From an uncultured bacterium (GTDB lineage: Bacteria > Bacteroidota > Bacteroidia > Bacteroidales > Marinilabiliaceae): a DNA stretch of 64,000 nucleotides. The notes beneath the pieces are model-generated. The model was given only the letters and a program-made list of their open reading frames with translations. It made no database searches and was not told the origin of the DNA. The stretch covers positions 28,342 to 92,341 of the forward strand of contig CBDUZZ010000005.1 in NCBI GenBank assembly GCA_965371855.1, read 5' to 3'. Position 1 is the first letter of the stretch. The number at the start of each line of letters is the position of its first letter. Position numbers and translations under genes: made by a program. Shown here piece by piece: positions 20,120-30,248 of this stretch.

Positions 20120-23100
20120 CTATTGTTTCGGTATAGTAAAATAAAATGTAGTTCCTTCTCCTTCTTCTGTATCAAACCAAATCTCTCCTTTCAGGGCTTC
20201 AACCAGGCTTTTAGTAATTGCTAATCCCAAACCATTACCACCATATATGTTTATTTCATCTTTTCCAAGCTTATAAAACCTTTCAAATATCTTATCTTTA
20301 TATTCATCAGAAATTCCAATACCTGTATCTTTCACAAAAAATATAATCTTATATTCCTCTTCTTCACACCCTAACTGAACACTTCCTTTATCAGTAAATT
20401 TCAATGAGTTACTTAAAAGATTAGTTATTACCTGTCTCAACCTATTAATGTCAGTATTAATAATTATTGATGAATTTACGTTAACTGACAATAGTAAGCT
20501 AACAGCCTTTTTTTCACCTAATAACTTTGAATTATTAAAAGTTAAAAAAATATCATTTATAAGTTCACAAACATGAACATCGGCAAAATTCAATTTCAGT
20601 TGACCTGATTCAATCATCGATATATCAATAATATCATTTAACAGGCTAAGTAAAGCATCACCATTCGATTTGACCATCCTTGCAAAATTTTCCCGTTCCT
20701 GTTCATCAAATCCTGTAGTCAATAGTAGTTCCGAAAACCCTAATATGGCATTCATGGGTGTTCTGATTTCATGTGACATATTTGACAGGAATGCCGATTT
20801 TAACCTGTCTGATTCTTCAGCTTTCAGTTTGGCATATTCCAACTCTTTTGTTCGTTCTCTTACTTTATACTCAAGCCCTGCTGCAAAATCTTGCAGCTTT
20901 TCTTTTTGACGTACAATTTCATCCCGTTGCTTATTTGCAATGTTTCGCTGCGTCTGTATCTCCCTGGTACGAACATTAACAATATTCTCAAGTTTCTTTT
21001 TATCTTTTCTTAACCTTAAAATACGTAATCTGAAAATTAACAACACCAATAAGACCAAAATGAATATACCGGAAGATATTATCCACCATTTTCTCCAAAA
21101 AGGAGGGGAAATAACCAGTTCAAGAGACCTTACATTGTCGCACATAATGCCGTCTCCATTTGTTGATTTTATTTCAAGAATATATTCTCCGGGATTAAGA
21201 TTTATAAAAGTAATAAAGTTTCGTTTACCTATTGATATCCACTCCTCAGACACGGGAAGGATTCTGTAAAAATATGAAACGCGTTTAGGATATATATAAT
21301 CAAGAGCAGAAAATTTCAGTGTAACCATCTTCTCATCCGGCGTAAAGGTTATTCTTGAGGCTGAAATAATATTTTTATTAAAATTTGCCCTTTCCCAAAC
21401 TAAAGGATTTTCAGGAGATACTTCTTTCCCAAACAAAGAGATATCGGTTAAATAGACAGGCGGACAATAATCAGACTTGTGAATATGATCAGGGTTAAAC
21501 ATTGCAACTCCCTTTATCCCTCCAAATAAAAAATAACCATCACTTAGTTTCACTACAGCACCGCTATTAAATTCATTACTTAACAGTCCATCATCAGCAG
21601 AATATCTTGTTTTTATGGTATAATTGTCCTTATCAACAACCACAATCCCGTTATTAGTAGATGCCCAAAATGAATCATCTGTTTCTAATATATAATAAGC
21701 TAACTCTTCTGAGATTTCATCACCTGCCTTTACATATCCTTTAATATTTTTATTTTCAGGATCGTATATAAAAACGCCACTCTCGGTTGTAACCCAAATC
21801 TCCCCCTTTTCAGATTCAGTGACTGATATTGTGCTATTAGACAACATATTTCCAGAATTAAAACTACTACTACTAAACCTTATTACACTAAAGTCATCAG
21901 TTTCATAGTTATACAAATCTAACCCATCCTCAGTACAAAACCATAACCTGCCCTTACTATCACATAGGATATCCCACACTTTATTATGGCTGATAGAATT
22001 TTCAGTTGAATCACCCACATAATAATTTACAAATGAGTTTGTCTTTTTATTTAGCCGACTAATACCATTGAGTGTTGACATCCATAAATTATCATTCTTA
22101 TCTTTTTCTATACTAACTACATCATTATATATCAGACTTGAAGGTTTATTTGGATCATTATAATAATGCGTTTGCCTACCGTTTTTTCTGTTATATTTTA
22201 TCAAACCCAAATTAGTACCAATCCATACAACATCATTATTATCAAAATATAGTGACCAAACAGAAACATCATAAACTAATCTTTTATTATATAATCTTAA
22301 TCCAACCGGTTTAAAGCTATTTTTCTTTCTATTCCAAATTGCCAAACCTTTAGTTGTTCCTATCCAAACATCTCCATTTTCATCTTCTGCAAGTGCAAAA
22401 ACAGAATTATCGGCAATACTTGGCTTATTAGGTACGTGATAAAGATTAACAAATGGTTTTCTTTCAAGATTAATTTGAACCACTCCTTTTGTCCTTGTAC
22501 CAATCCAGATATTCTGAATATTATCTTTATATGCTCCCAATAGCTGAGAATCAGGAAATGATAATAAATCATACGGATTATTATTAAACCGTTCTAATTT
22601 TTCATTTTTATCAATATGATACAAACCATTAAACCTCGAAGTAATCCAATAACCTCCAAATTGATCTTTTGCAATTTGAAACAGTTCAATTTCATTAATC
22701 AGATACTTAAAAAAACCTCCTGTTTGAGGATCAAAAAGAAACAAACCATTTTTTGTAGCAACAAGAAATAACCCGTCTTTAAATTCAACAATACTTTTAA
22801 TAAAGTTCTTTTTAACAATATCTCCTCCTTGGGTTTTATTCACAAAAGGAATAAATCGTTCCTCCTCAGGAATATATTTTAATAATCCTCTACCTTGCGT
22901 TCCTATCCATAATCCTCTGTTTTCATCATAAAACAAAGAAAAAGCTCCGTTCCCTGATACTCCATGTGTTTTTTTTTCAGGAAGTATATAGTTACGGAAT
23001 GTACCTGTCAATGGATTTAATCTGGACACTCCTCTATCCGATGCTATCCATACAGTCTTTTCATCAATACATAATACAGAATTCAAATATTTACACATTA

Positions 23101-23524
23101 ACGAATTCTCAATGGAATCTGAATGATAATAATTTATAACATTATCATTATTTATGTTATATACATTTAAGCCCACCCCATAATTTGCAATGTAAAGATT
23201 TCCTCCAGCTCCTTCGTCCAATCCCCTTATAGATCCTTTTATAGTCTTTTGCTCCTTTCCATCCTGAAATGATAATAGTGATAAATTTCTGCCATCATAA
23301 CGACTGATACCATCATTAGTACCAAACCAAATAAATCCTTTACTGTCTTGAAATATTGAAAAAACAGTTGATTGAGACAGACCTTCTTCAAGAGAGATTG
23401 TTCTAAATTCATATTTAGATATCTGAGAATACATACCGGTACTCCAAAGCAACAACAATACTACTCCAATTATATAGTTATTCCTCGTTAAAAGATTATA
23501 TTTCAACCCAAATATTTTTCTCAC
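20120..23524 (-). CDS. Paralogous propeller/Y_Y_Y sensor histidine kinase
   Basis: 1134 aa, collinear with the neighbouring kinase over its whole length, with the same H-box [18 protein letters not shown] and G-box [24 protein letters not shown]. Confidence 0.85.
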   Translation of the reverse strand: MRKIFGLKYNLLTRNNYIIGVVLLLLWSTGMYSQISKYEFRTISLEEGLSQSTVFSIFQDSKGFIWFGTNDGISRYDGRNLSLLSFQDGKEQKTIKGSIRGLDEGAGGNLYIANYGVGLNVYNINNDNVINYYHSDSIENSLMCKYLNSVLCIDEKTVWIASDRGVSRLNPLTGTFRNYILPEKKTHGVSGNGAFSLFYDENRGLWIGTQGRGLLKYIPEEERFIPFVNKTQGGDIVKKNFIKSIVEFKDGLFLVATKNGLFLFDPQTGGFFKYLINEIELFQIAKDQFGGYWITSRFNGLYHIDKNEKLERFNNNPYDLLSFPDSQLLGAYKDNIQNIWIGTRTKGVVQINLERKPFVNLYHVPNKPSIADNSVFALAEDENGDVWIGTTKGLAIWNRKKNSFKPVGLRLYNKRLVYDVSVWSLYFDNNDVVWIGTNLGLIKYNRKNGRQTHYYNDPNKPSSLIYNDVVSIEKDKNDNLWMSTLNGISRLNKKTNSFVNYYVGDSTENSISHNKVWDILCDSKGRLWFCTEDGLDLYNYETDDFSVIRFSSSSFNSGNMLSNSTISVTESEKGEIWVTTESGVFIYDPENKNIKGYVKAGDEISEELAYYILETDDSFWASTNNGIVVVDKDNYTIKTRYSADDGLLSNEFNSGAVVKLSDGYFLFGGIKGVAMFNPDHIHKSDYCPPVYLTDISLFGKEVSPENPLVWERANFNKNIISASRITFTPDEKMVTLKFSALDYIYPKRVSYFYRILPVSEEWISIGKRNFITFINLNPGEYILEIKSTNGDGIMCDNVRSLELVISPPFWRKWWIISSGIFILVLLVLLIFRLRILRLRKDKKKLENIVNVRTREIQTQRNIANKQRDEIVRQKEKLQDFAAGLEYKVRERTKELEYAKLKAEESDRLKSAFLSNMSHEIRTPMNAILGFSELLLTTGFDEQERENFARMVKSNGDALLSLLNDIIDISMIESGQLKLNFADVHVCELINDIFLTFNNSKLLGEKKAVSLLLSVNVNSSIIINTDINRLRQVITNLLSNSLKFTDKGSVQLGCEEEEYKIIFFVKDTGIGISDEYKDKIFERFYKLGKDEINIYGGNGLGLAITKSLVEALKGEIWFDTEEGEGTTFYFTIPKQ

Positions 23525-23621
23525 AATCTATTCAATTACCATTTTAATGCTATTAAGTTAACGAATTTAATGCAATATATGTTTCTAAAACAGATAAAAA
23601 CATTTTTCAATCATAGTTATG

Positions 23622-23629
23622 TAAATTTG
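23622..23629 (+). promoter_or_regulatory. Possible -7 promoter box TAAATTTG upstream of GH92
   Basis: Matches TAnnTTTG, 64 nt upstream of ATG 23693. No clear -33 element. Confidence 0.3.
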
Positions 23630-23692
23630 GAGATTCGATTAAAAAAATATATTTTATCTTTATTCCCTCTATTAATAGCAAAAATAAATAAT

Positions 23693-25993
23693 ATGCTTAA
23701 ACTTACTTATTCAATATTTGTGTTGTCATTATGTTGTTTGATGCTATCATGCCAACCCGGTAAAACAGAAACTTCATCTTCTGAAGATCTTACCACTTAT
23801 GTTAATACCTTAATGGGTACTGACTCAAAATTCTCTTTATCAAACGGCAACACTTATCCTGCTATAGCGGTTCCCTGGGGAATGAACTTCTGGACACCGC
23901 AAACAAACAAAATGGGTGATGGCTGGGGTTATATGTATGATGCAAATAAAATCAGAGGGATAAAACAGACTCACCAACCAAGTCCGTGGATAAATGACTA
24001 TGGTGCATTTAGTTTAATGGCTGTCACCGGAAAGCTCAAATTCAACGAGAATGAACGAGCTTCATGGTTTTCACACAAATCAGAAACGGCAAGCCCATTT
24101 TATTACAAAGTATATCTCGCTGATTATGATGTAACAGCCGAAATTACTCCTACAGATAGAACTTCTCATTTCAGGTTTACTTTCCCTGAAACAGATTCAG
24201 CATATATTTTAATAGATGCTTTTTACCAGGGATCAATGGTAAAAATATTACCTGAAGAGAGAAAAGTTATTGGATATTGCAGGAATAATTCCGGGGGTGT
24301 TCCACGAAATTTCCATAACTATTTTGTTGCTGTCTTTGATAAAGATTTTGATGCAGTAAGTACATGGAACGGAGATAAACTGAATAAAAATTCAGAAATC
24401 GAGGAAGGATTTCATGTTGGTGCGGTTCTTCGTTTTAAAACTAACAAAAAGGAACAGGTTCATGTTAAAGTAGCCTCTTCATTTATCAGTCCGGAACAAG
24501 CAGAATTAAACCTCAAACGTGAACTAAGTAAAAATTCATTCAACGACACAAAACAAAAGGCTCATGATATCTGGCAAACAGAATTTAATAAAATAAAAGT
24601 TGAAGGCGGAACGATAGACCAAAGAAGAATTTTTTATTCAACACTATATAGGCTTTTACTATTTCCAAGGAAATTTTATGAGTATAATGCTGATAACAAA
24701 GTTATACACTACAGCCCATATAACGGAAAAGTCCTACCCGGCTACATGTTTACTGATAATGGTTTTTGGGATACTTTCAGAGCAGTATTTCCGTTTTTCA
24801 CACTAATGTATCCTGAGTTAGATTCTCAAATAATGCAAGGACTTGTAAACACATACAAAGAGAGTGGGTGGTTACCCGAATGGGCTAGTCCGGGACACAG
24901 AGGCTGTATGATAGGTTCAAATTCTGCTTCTCTCATTGCAGACGCATACATTAAAGGAATAAGAGGATATGATATAGAAACCCTATACGAAGCTGTACTT
25001 AAAAATACAAAAGGGCATTTGAAAGACATAACATCAGTAGGCAGATATGGTGCTGAATATTACAATAAACTGGGATATATTCCTTATGATGTGGAAATAA
25101 ATGAAAATGCTGCACGTACATTAGAATATGCTTACAACGATTTCTGTATTATGCAACTGGCAAAAAAGCTTAATCGTCCACAGGAAGAGATTGACCTATT
25201 TGCCAATAGGGCTATGAATTACAAAAACCTTTTCGATGCTGAAACAAAACTTATGAGAGGAAAAAATATTGACGGCACTTTCCAGTCTCCATTCAATCCG
25301 TTCAAATGGGGTGATGCTTTTACCGAAGGCAATAGTTGGCACTACACCTGGTCAGTATTTCATGACATAAACGGTTTAGTAAATCTTATGGGAGGTGAAA
25401 AAGAGTTTATTGAAATGATGGACTCAGTTTTCTCCATGCCTCCTCTGTTTGATTGCTCATATTACGGTTTTCCCATTCACGAAATTCACGAAATGCAAAT
25501 AATGAATATGGGTCAATATGCTCACGGTAACCAACCGATTCAACATTTTACATACTTATATAATTATGCCGGTGAACCATGGAAAACCCAATATTGGGTC
25601 AGACAAATTATGAACAAGCTATACACTCCTACACCCGATGGATATTGCGGTGATGAAGATAACGGACAAACTTCGGCATGGTATGTATTTAGTGCTTTAG
25701 GATTTTATCCTGTTTGCCCGGGGCAGCCAATGTACGTGTTCGGTAGTCCGGTTTTCGATAAGGCAATCCTGCAACTCCCAAACGACAAAAAACTTGAGAT
25801 AATAAGCAATAACAATACCGATAAAGCTTTTTATGTAAAAAATATAACATTGAACTCTTCAGACTACAATAAAAATTTCATTTCACACGACAATCTGCTT
25901 AAGGGTGGAGAGCTGATATTTGAAATGGATAGTACTCCTAATAAATCAAGAGGGGTTAAACCTGAATCATTCCCTCCATCTATGAGCAATTGA
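23693..25993 (+). CDS. Glycoside hydrolase family 92 (alpha-mannosidase)
   Basis: GH92-like sequence throughout (YVNTLMGTDS..., GYCGDEDNGQTSAWYVFSALGFYPV). Start set at ATG 23693 (MLKLTYSIFVLSLCCLMLSCQ, a lipoprotein signal) rather than track start 23570. Confidence 0.88.
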   Translation: MLKLTYSIFVLSLCCLMLSCQPGKTETSSSEDLTTYVNTLMGTDSKFSLSNGNTYPAIAVPWGMNFWTPQTNKMGDGWGYMYDANKIRGIKQTHQPSPWINDYGAFSLMAVTGKLKFNENERASWFSHKSETASPFYYKVYLADYDVTAEITPTDRTSHFRFTFPETDSAYILIDAFYQGSMVKILPEERKVIGYCRNNSGGVPRNFHNYFVAVFDKDFDAVSTWNGDKLNKNSEIEEGFHVGAVLRFKTNKKEQVHVKVASSFISPEQAELNLKRELSKNSFNDTKQKAHDIWQTEFNKIKVEGGTIDQRRIFYSTLYRLLLFPRKFYEYNADNKVIHYSPYNGKVLPGYMFTDNGFWDTFRAVFPFFTLMYPELDSQIMQGLVNTYKESGWLPEWASPGHRGCMIGSNSASLIADAYIKGIRGYDIETLYEAVLKNTKGHLKDITSVGRYGAEYYNKLGYIPYDVEINENAARTLEYAYNDFCIMQLAKKLNRPQEEIDLFANRAMNYKNLFDAETKLMRGKNIDGTFQSPFNPFKWGDAFTEGNSWHYTWSVFHDINGLVNLMGGEKEFIEMMDSVFSMPPLFDCSYYGFPIHEIHEMQIMNMGQYAHGNQPIQHFTYLYNYAGEPWKTQYWVRQIMNKLYTPTPDGYCGDEDNGQTSAWYVFSALGFYPVCPGQPMYVFGSPVFDKAILQLPNDKKLEIISNNNTDKAFYVKNITLNSSDYNKNFISHDNLLKGGELIFEMDSTPNKSRGVKPESFPPSMSN

Positions 25994-26282
25994 AAAACAA
26001 TATATATTGAACCGGGAATACAATATTATTAATTTGACATAATAAAATATCTGTTTCTCGAACATATAAACAGGCATGCTTTTTGCTTGAAAGAATTATC
26101 TTTGTCACAAGTTAACATTTTAAATGTGCTTGCACATAAACAATGCAACAATGCAATTTCAAAACTCACTCAATAATCCCTTAAATGTGATATTCCTACA
26201 AACACAACATATTATTTTCCCCTTAATGGGAATAAAAAGAGTACAAATAAAAAAATATTTAATTTTCTCACTGACAGTAAGT

Positions 26283-28724
26283 ATGTTTGCCCATATTAAG
26301 GAAAACACATATAGAAACTCTCTGTTTTTAATCATCATAATGCTTTTATTGACGGCTAATAATTCACTGTCTCAAACACTCATATTAAAAGATGAAATTA
26401 CTCATGAGCCTATTTTCATGGCTAACATTTACTCTAAAGATCAAAAATTATCAACAGCTTCCGATGTAAAAGGGAAAGCTGACATAACAACATTCTCACA
26501 ATGCGATAGTATTTATATCAAATACATAGGCTATTCACTGGAAATTTATAGTTTTGAACAATTAAAGAAGAAAAATTTTACAGTTTATTTAAAACAAAAC
26601 TCCATTTCATTAGATGAGATGGTTGTATCAGCAACCAGATGGAAACAGAAGAAAACTGACGTTCCAAACAAAATAACCACCGTTCGCGCCCGCGATATCA
26701 TCATTCAAAATCCGCAAACAACAGCCGACCTCCTGGCACAAACCGGAGATGTATATATTCAAAAAAGTCAATTAGGAGGCGGAAGTCCCATGATTCGTGG
26801 CTTTGCTACAAACAGAGTGCTTATCTCTGTTGATGGCATACGTATGAACAATGCAATTTTCAGAAGCGGAAATATTCAAAATGTCATCTCTCTTGATGCT
26901 TTTGCAATAGACCAGACAGAAGTAATTTTCGGCCCGGGCTCTATTATTTATGGCAGTGATGCCATAGGTGGTGTAATGAGCTTTTACACTTTAAACCCTG
27001 GATTCTCATCAAATAACGATGCATGGTTCAATGTACATGCAACAGCTCGTTATGCTTCGGCAAACAACGAAAAAACCGGCCATTTCGATTTTAAAACAGG
27101 ACTAAGAAAATGGGCTTTTACTACTAGTGTTACATTTTCTGATTATGATGATTTGAAGATGGGTAAATACGGTACTGATGATTATCTGCGTGAAGAATAT
27201 GTAATACGCAAAAACAATAGAGATGAGATTATCCCTAATTCAGATTTCAGACAACAAGTATCTTCCGGTTTCCAACAAATAAACCTGATGCAAAAAATCA
27301 GATTTCAGGCAGGTAGAACATGGACTTTAAACTATGACTTTCACTACTCAACAACAGGTAATTATCCCCGCTACGACAGATTAATAAGATATAAAAACAG
27401 CCACCTGCGATCTGCTGAATGGTATTATGGCCCTCAAAAATGGATGATGAACCACCTGTATGCTCATAACAAGAAAAAGACTACTTTTTATGATCAAATG
27501 GTCATCCATCTGGCACAACAACATTTTCAGGAAAGTCGCCATGACAGGGACTTTAACAATAACACAAGACATAACAGAACAGAAACGGTAAATGCTTTCA
27601 ATCTGAATTTAGATTTTGAAAAGACATTTAATGAAAAACATCATCTGACATACGGAACTGAATTTATTTTTAATAAAGTTGGCTCCGTTGCAAACGATCA
27701 AAACATAAATACATTTTATCAATCTCCTGCAGCAACACGATATCCTGACGGTTCAACATGGAGCTCAATGGCTGTTTTTGCTGATTACCGATATAAATTA
27801 ACGGAAAAGACTGACATAAAAATAGGCTCACGCTATAACCACATTATTCTGAATGCAGATTTTGACACACAATTTTACCCATTCCCGTTCGACAATTCAC
27901 ACATTAACACAGGTGCTGTAACCGGAAGTTTTGGATTAGTCTACAATCCGGATGAAACAATGCAGTTGATGGCAAATCTCTCTACCGGATTCAGAGCTCC
28001 CAATATTGATGATGCAGGCAAAGTATTTGATTCTGAACCCGGTTCTGTTGTTGTTCCAAATCCAAACCTTAACTCAGAATACTCATTAAATAGTGAAATT
28101 GGCATAACTAAAGTTTTTACCGGAAAGTTAAAATTAGATTTCTCAGCCTATTACACCAATCTTTTTGATGCCATGGTACGCCTTGACTATACACTAAACG
28201 GACAAGACAGCATTGTTTATGATGGAGAAATGAGTAAAGTACAGGCAATTCAAAATGCAGCAAAAGCTTATGTCTATGGCATTCAGGCCGGAATAGAGTG
28301 GAAATTACCATTAAACCTTACATTCTCATCAAGGTTTAACATTATGAAAGGAGAAGAAGATCTTGACAACGGTGAAAAAGCTCCTTTACGACATGCTACA
28401 CCATGTTTTGGTATTACACATATAATATACTCCCACAATCATATTAAACTGGATATATATGCAACTTATAATGGACAAGTATCATACGAAAACATGCCTC
28501 CTTCAGAAGTTTCAAAAGATTATATGTATGCCAAAGATTCAAATGGAAACCCGTTCTCCCCAAAATGGTATACAGTAAATATAAAAAGTTTGTATCGCTT
28601 AAATGATAACCTGATATTAACTGCCGGAGTTGAAAACATTACCAATCAAAGATATAAAAATTATGCATCAGGAATAGCTGCTGCCGGTATTAATTTTATT
28701 ATTGCTGTAAAAGTTTCTTTCTGA
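26283..28724 (+). CDS. TonB-dependent receptor (not SusC type; no SusD partner)
   Basis: Plug motifs DEMVVSATR..., GGGSPMIRGF, VDGIRMNN and GPGSIIYGSDAIGGV, plus a C-terminal beta-barrel ending in F. Start set at ATG 26283 (MFAHIKENTYRNSLFLIIIMLLLTANNSLSQ), since the track start 26124 adds an unlikely leader. Confidence 0.85.
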   Translation: MFAHIKENTYRNSLFLIIIMLLLTANNSLSQTLILKDEITHEPIFMANIYSKDQKLSTASDVKGKADITTFSQCDSIYIKYIGYSLEIYSFEQLKKKNFTVYLKQNSISLDEMVVSATRWKQKKTDVPNKITTVRARDIIIQNPQTTADLLAQTGDVYIQKSQLGGGSPMIRGFATNRVLISVDGIRMNNAIFRSGNIQNVISLDAFAIDQTEVIFGPGSIIYGSDAIGGVMSFYTLNPGFSSNNDAWFNVHATARYASANNEKTGHFDFKTGLRKWAFTTSVTFSDYDDLKMGKYGTDDYLREEYVIRKNNRDEIIPNSDFRQQVSSGFQQINLMQKIRFQAGRTWTLNYDFHYSTTGNYPRYDRLIRYKNSHLRSAEWYYGPQKWMMNHLYAHNKKKTTFYDQMVIHLAQQHFQESRHDRDFNNNTRHNRTETVNAFNLNLDFEKTFNEKHHLTYGTEFIFNKVGSVANDQNINTFYQSPAATRYPDGSTWSSMAVFADYRYKLTEKTDIKIGSRYNHIILNADFDTQFYPFPFDNSHINTGAVTGSFGLVYNPDETMQLMANLSTGFRAPNIDDAGKVFDSEPGSVVVPNPNLNSEYSLNSEIGITKVFTGKLKLDFSAYYTNLFDAMVRLDYTLNGQDSIVYDGEMSKVQAIQNAAKAYVYGIQAGIEWKLPLNLTFSSRFNIMKGEEDLDNGEKAPLRHATPCFGITHIIYSHNHIKLDIYATYNGQVSYENMPPSEVSKDYMYAKDSNGNPFSPKWYTVNIKSLYRLNDNLILTAGVENITNQRYKNYASGIAAAGINFIIAVKVSF

Positions 28725-28744
28725 TAAACGATCTCACAATCAGG

Positions 28745-28823
28745 ATAAAATAAAGAAATGGGAACAACTGATGTTGCTCCCATTTCTTATTAACCTAACC
28801 CAAATCTATGAAAAAAAATTCAA
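28745..28823 (-). ncRNA. Candidate sigma-54-dependent small RNA, copy 1
   Basis: Starts about 12 nt downstream of the -12 element and runs UUGAAU-U8-CAUAGAUUUGGGUUAGGUUAAUA. A 15-bp hairpin follows (28754-28768 paired with 28773-28787), then UUAUUUUAU. Confidence 0.55.
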
Positions 28824-28833
28824 TTAGTAACAT

Positions 28834-28849
28834 TACAACTACTGTGCCA
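28834..28849 (-). promoter_or_regulatory. Sigma-54 (-24/-12) type promoter, copy 1 (TGGCAC-N5-TTGTA)
   Basis: The minus strand reads TTGGCACagtagTTGTA. The -24 element is perfect. The -12 element has GT instead of the consensus GC. Confidence 0.5.
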
Positions 28850-28949
28850 AAAATAACGCCCTAATGTTATTGTATGTTAATTGTTATTCAAATTTCCTAA
28901 ATAGTAGCTTGCCAGCACTAAATAACAATACGCTTACTTTTTTCATTGT

Positions 28950-29026
28950 AAAAAAAGAGATGGGAACAATCCATTGAATGTTCCCATCTCATATTAACCT
29001 AACCCAAATCTATGAAAAAAATTCAA
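28950..29026 (-). ncRNA. Candidate sigma-54-dependent small RNA, copy 2
   Basis: UUGAAU-U7-CAUAGAUUUGGGUUAGGUUAAUA, then hairpin GAGAUGGGAACA/UGUUCCCAUCUC (28957-28968 paired with 28979-28990), then U7. This is a textbook intrinsic terminator. Confidence 0.65.
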
Positions 29027-29036
29027 TTTAATGTAT

Positions 29037-29052
29037 TGCAACTACTGTGCCA
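29037..29052 (-). promoter_or_regulatory. Sigma-54 (-24/-12) promoter, copy 2 (TGGCAC-N5-TTGCA)
   Basis: The minus strand reads TTGGCACagtagTTGCA, an exact match to the RpoN consensus TGGCAC-N5-TTGC. Confidence 0.7.
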
Positions 29053-29130
29053 AACATTCCAACACTTTGTTATTAAGAGTTAAATGAATTAAAATACTGT
29101 GAAATCCCATATTCTGCTTCCCTACATACT

Positions 29131-29170
29131 CAGTGACTATTAACAATATGAGCGTGTCATGCAGTGACTA
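29131..29170. promoter_or_regulatory. Direct repeat CAGTGACTA x2 (31-bp period), a possible enhancer-binding-protein site
   Basis: cagtgacta at 29131-29139 and 29162-29170, 80-120 bp upstream of the copy-2 sigma-54 promoter. Confidence 0.3.
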
Positions 29171-29204
29171 AAATAGGGCACAAAAAAAAATATCACACAT
29201 ATTT

Positions 29205-30128
29205 TTAAAAGAAGTACTTTCCTGCGTCAGTTTTTATACTACACTTCAAAGCATAGTACAGTTTGTATAAATTAAACAACATCAAATCAGGGTATATCTT
29301 TAATAAAAAGAATTTCAACAGTGGTAAAAACAATCTTAAAATAGCAAATACTATCTTATGCAGATGCATTTTATATAACCTTTGAACAAATACCAGAAGT
29401 TTGACATCCAAAATAAAATCAACATTGCCATTAACAATGTCAAGTACTTTAAACAAACTTTTTACAGCCTCACGGCTTTTATACAAAAACTCTTCATTTG
29501 TATCAAGGTCTTCATTAACTACACCATTATCTATATGAATAATTTTAACCTTCGCTTTTTTCAAATCATAACCCATTAAAGTATCCTCATGACCATATCC
29601 GGTGATAGATTCATGAAAAGATATTTGTTGCAATATATCTTTAGGAATAATAACATTCTTTGTAATAAATGATTTATAAGAGTTCTTGCTCCTGATTTTT
29701 GAAGGTTTGCTTTCAACCTTACGGCCATACTTCCATCTTAATATTTTATCCTGCTGAGGTCTGTTTTTCGAATAAACACTCCCCCCAATAATTACATGTT
29801 TTTCATTAGATTTCAACGTTTTTATATACAAACCTAAAAAACCGGAATTATCTATTATGGAATCTGAATCAATAAAAAGTAAATTAGGTTTTTCCGCGTA
29901 CTGTAAAAACAGATTCCTTATACGGGCTCTTCCAATATTTTCATCAAGTTCAATGTATTGATCGATATACTTTCCTAATTTCCTGTTTTTCTCTTTATAA
30001 TATATATCAGATGCATCATCGATAACAATAATCTCTACTATATATTTTAGTTTAGCTTTCTGAAAATACAGAGCCTTAATCAACCGCTCTATATCACTGT
30101 TAAAAACGGGAATACATACACTAAGCAT
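29205..30128 (-). CDS. Glycosyltransferase family 2
   Basis: MLSVCIPVFNS...VIDDASD...FIDSDS are GT2 (GT-A fold) signatures. 307 aa. Confidence 0.85.
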   Translation of the reverse strand: MLSVCIPVFNSDIERLIKALYFQKAKLKYIVEIIVIDDASDIYYKEKNRKLGKYIDQYIELDENIGRARIRNLFLQYAEKPNLLFIDSDSIIDNSGFLGLYIKTLKSNEKHVIIGGSVYSKNRPQQDKILRWKYGRKVESKPSKIRSKNSYKSFITKNVIIPKDILQQISFHESITGYGHEDTLMGYDLKKAKVKIIHIDNGVVNEDLDTNEEFLYKSREAVKSLFKVLDIVNGNVDFILDVKLLVFVQRLYKMHLHKIVFAILRLFLPLLKFFLLKIYPDLMLFNLYKLYYALKCSIKTDAGKYFF

Positions 30129-30248
30129 AAAGCATTTTATTACAAATATATAATTATAAAAGCACTTGTTATAATAACATCCTTTTAAATTTTTGATAAA
30201 TTTACAGTCTTTAAAAGCATATGCTACTGAAAAGCAACAAATCTTGAT

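Noticed and set aside
23570-23692. Long N-terminal extensions in track ORFs for GH92 (23570), the TonB-dependent receptor (26124), tgt (39364) and the porin (58399).
   Set aside because: Each extension precedes a clean signal peptide or a conserved N-terminus that begins at an internal ATG. The extensions are AT-rich leader sequence read in frame.
28808-29083. Plus-strand mini-ORFs starting ATGAAAAAA inside each sRNA unit: 28808..28864 (MKKNSISNITTTVPKITP) and 29012..29083 (MKKIQFNVLQLLCQTFQHFVIKS).
   Set aside because: The DNA is nearly identical, but a 1-nt indel puts the two ORFs in different frames, so no peptide is conserved. The conserved sigma-54 box and terminator are on the opposite strand.
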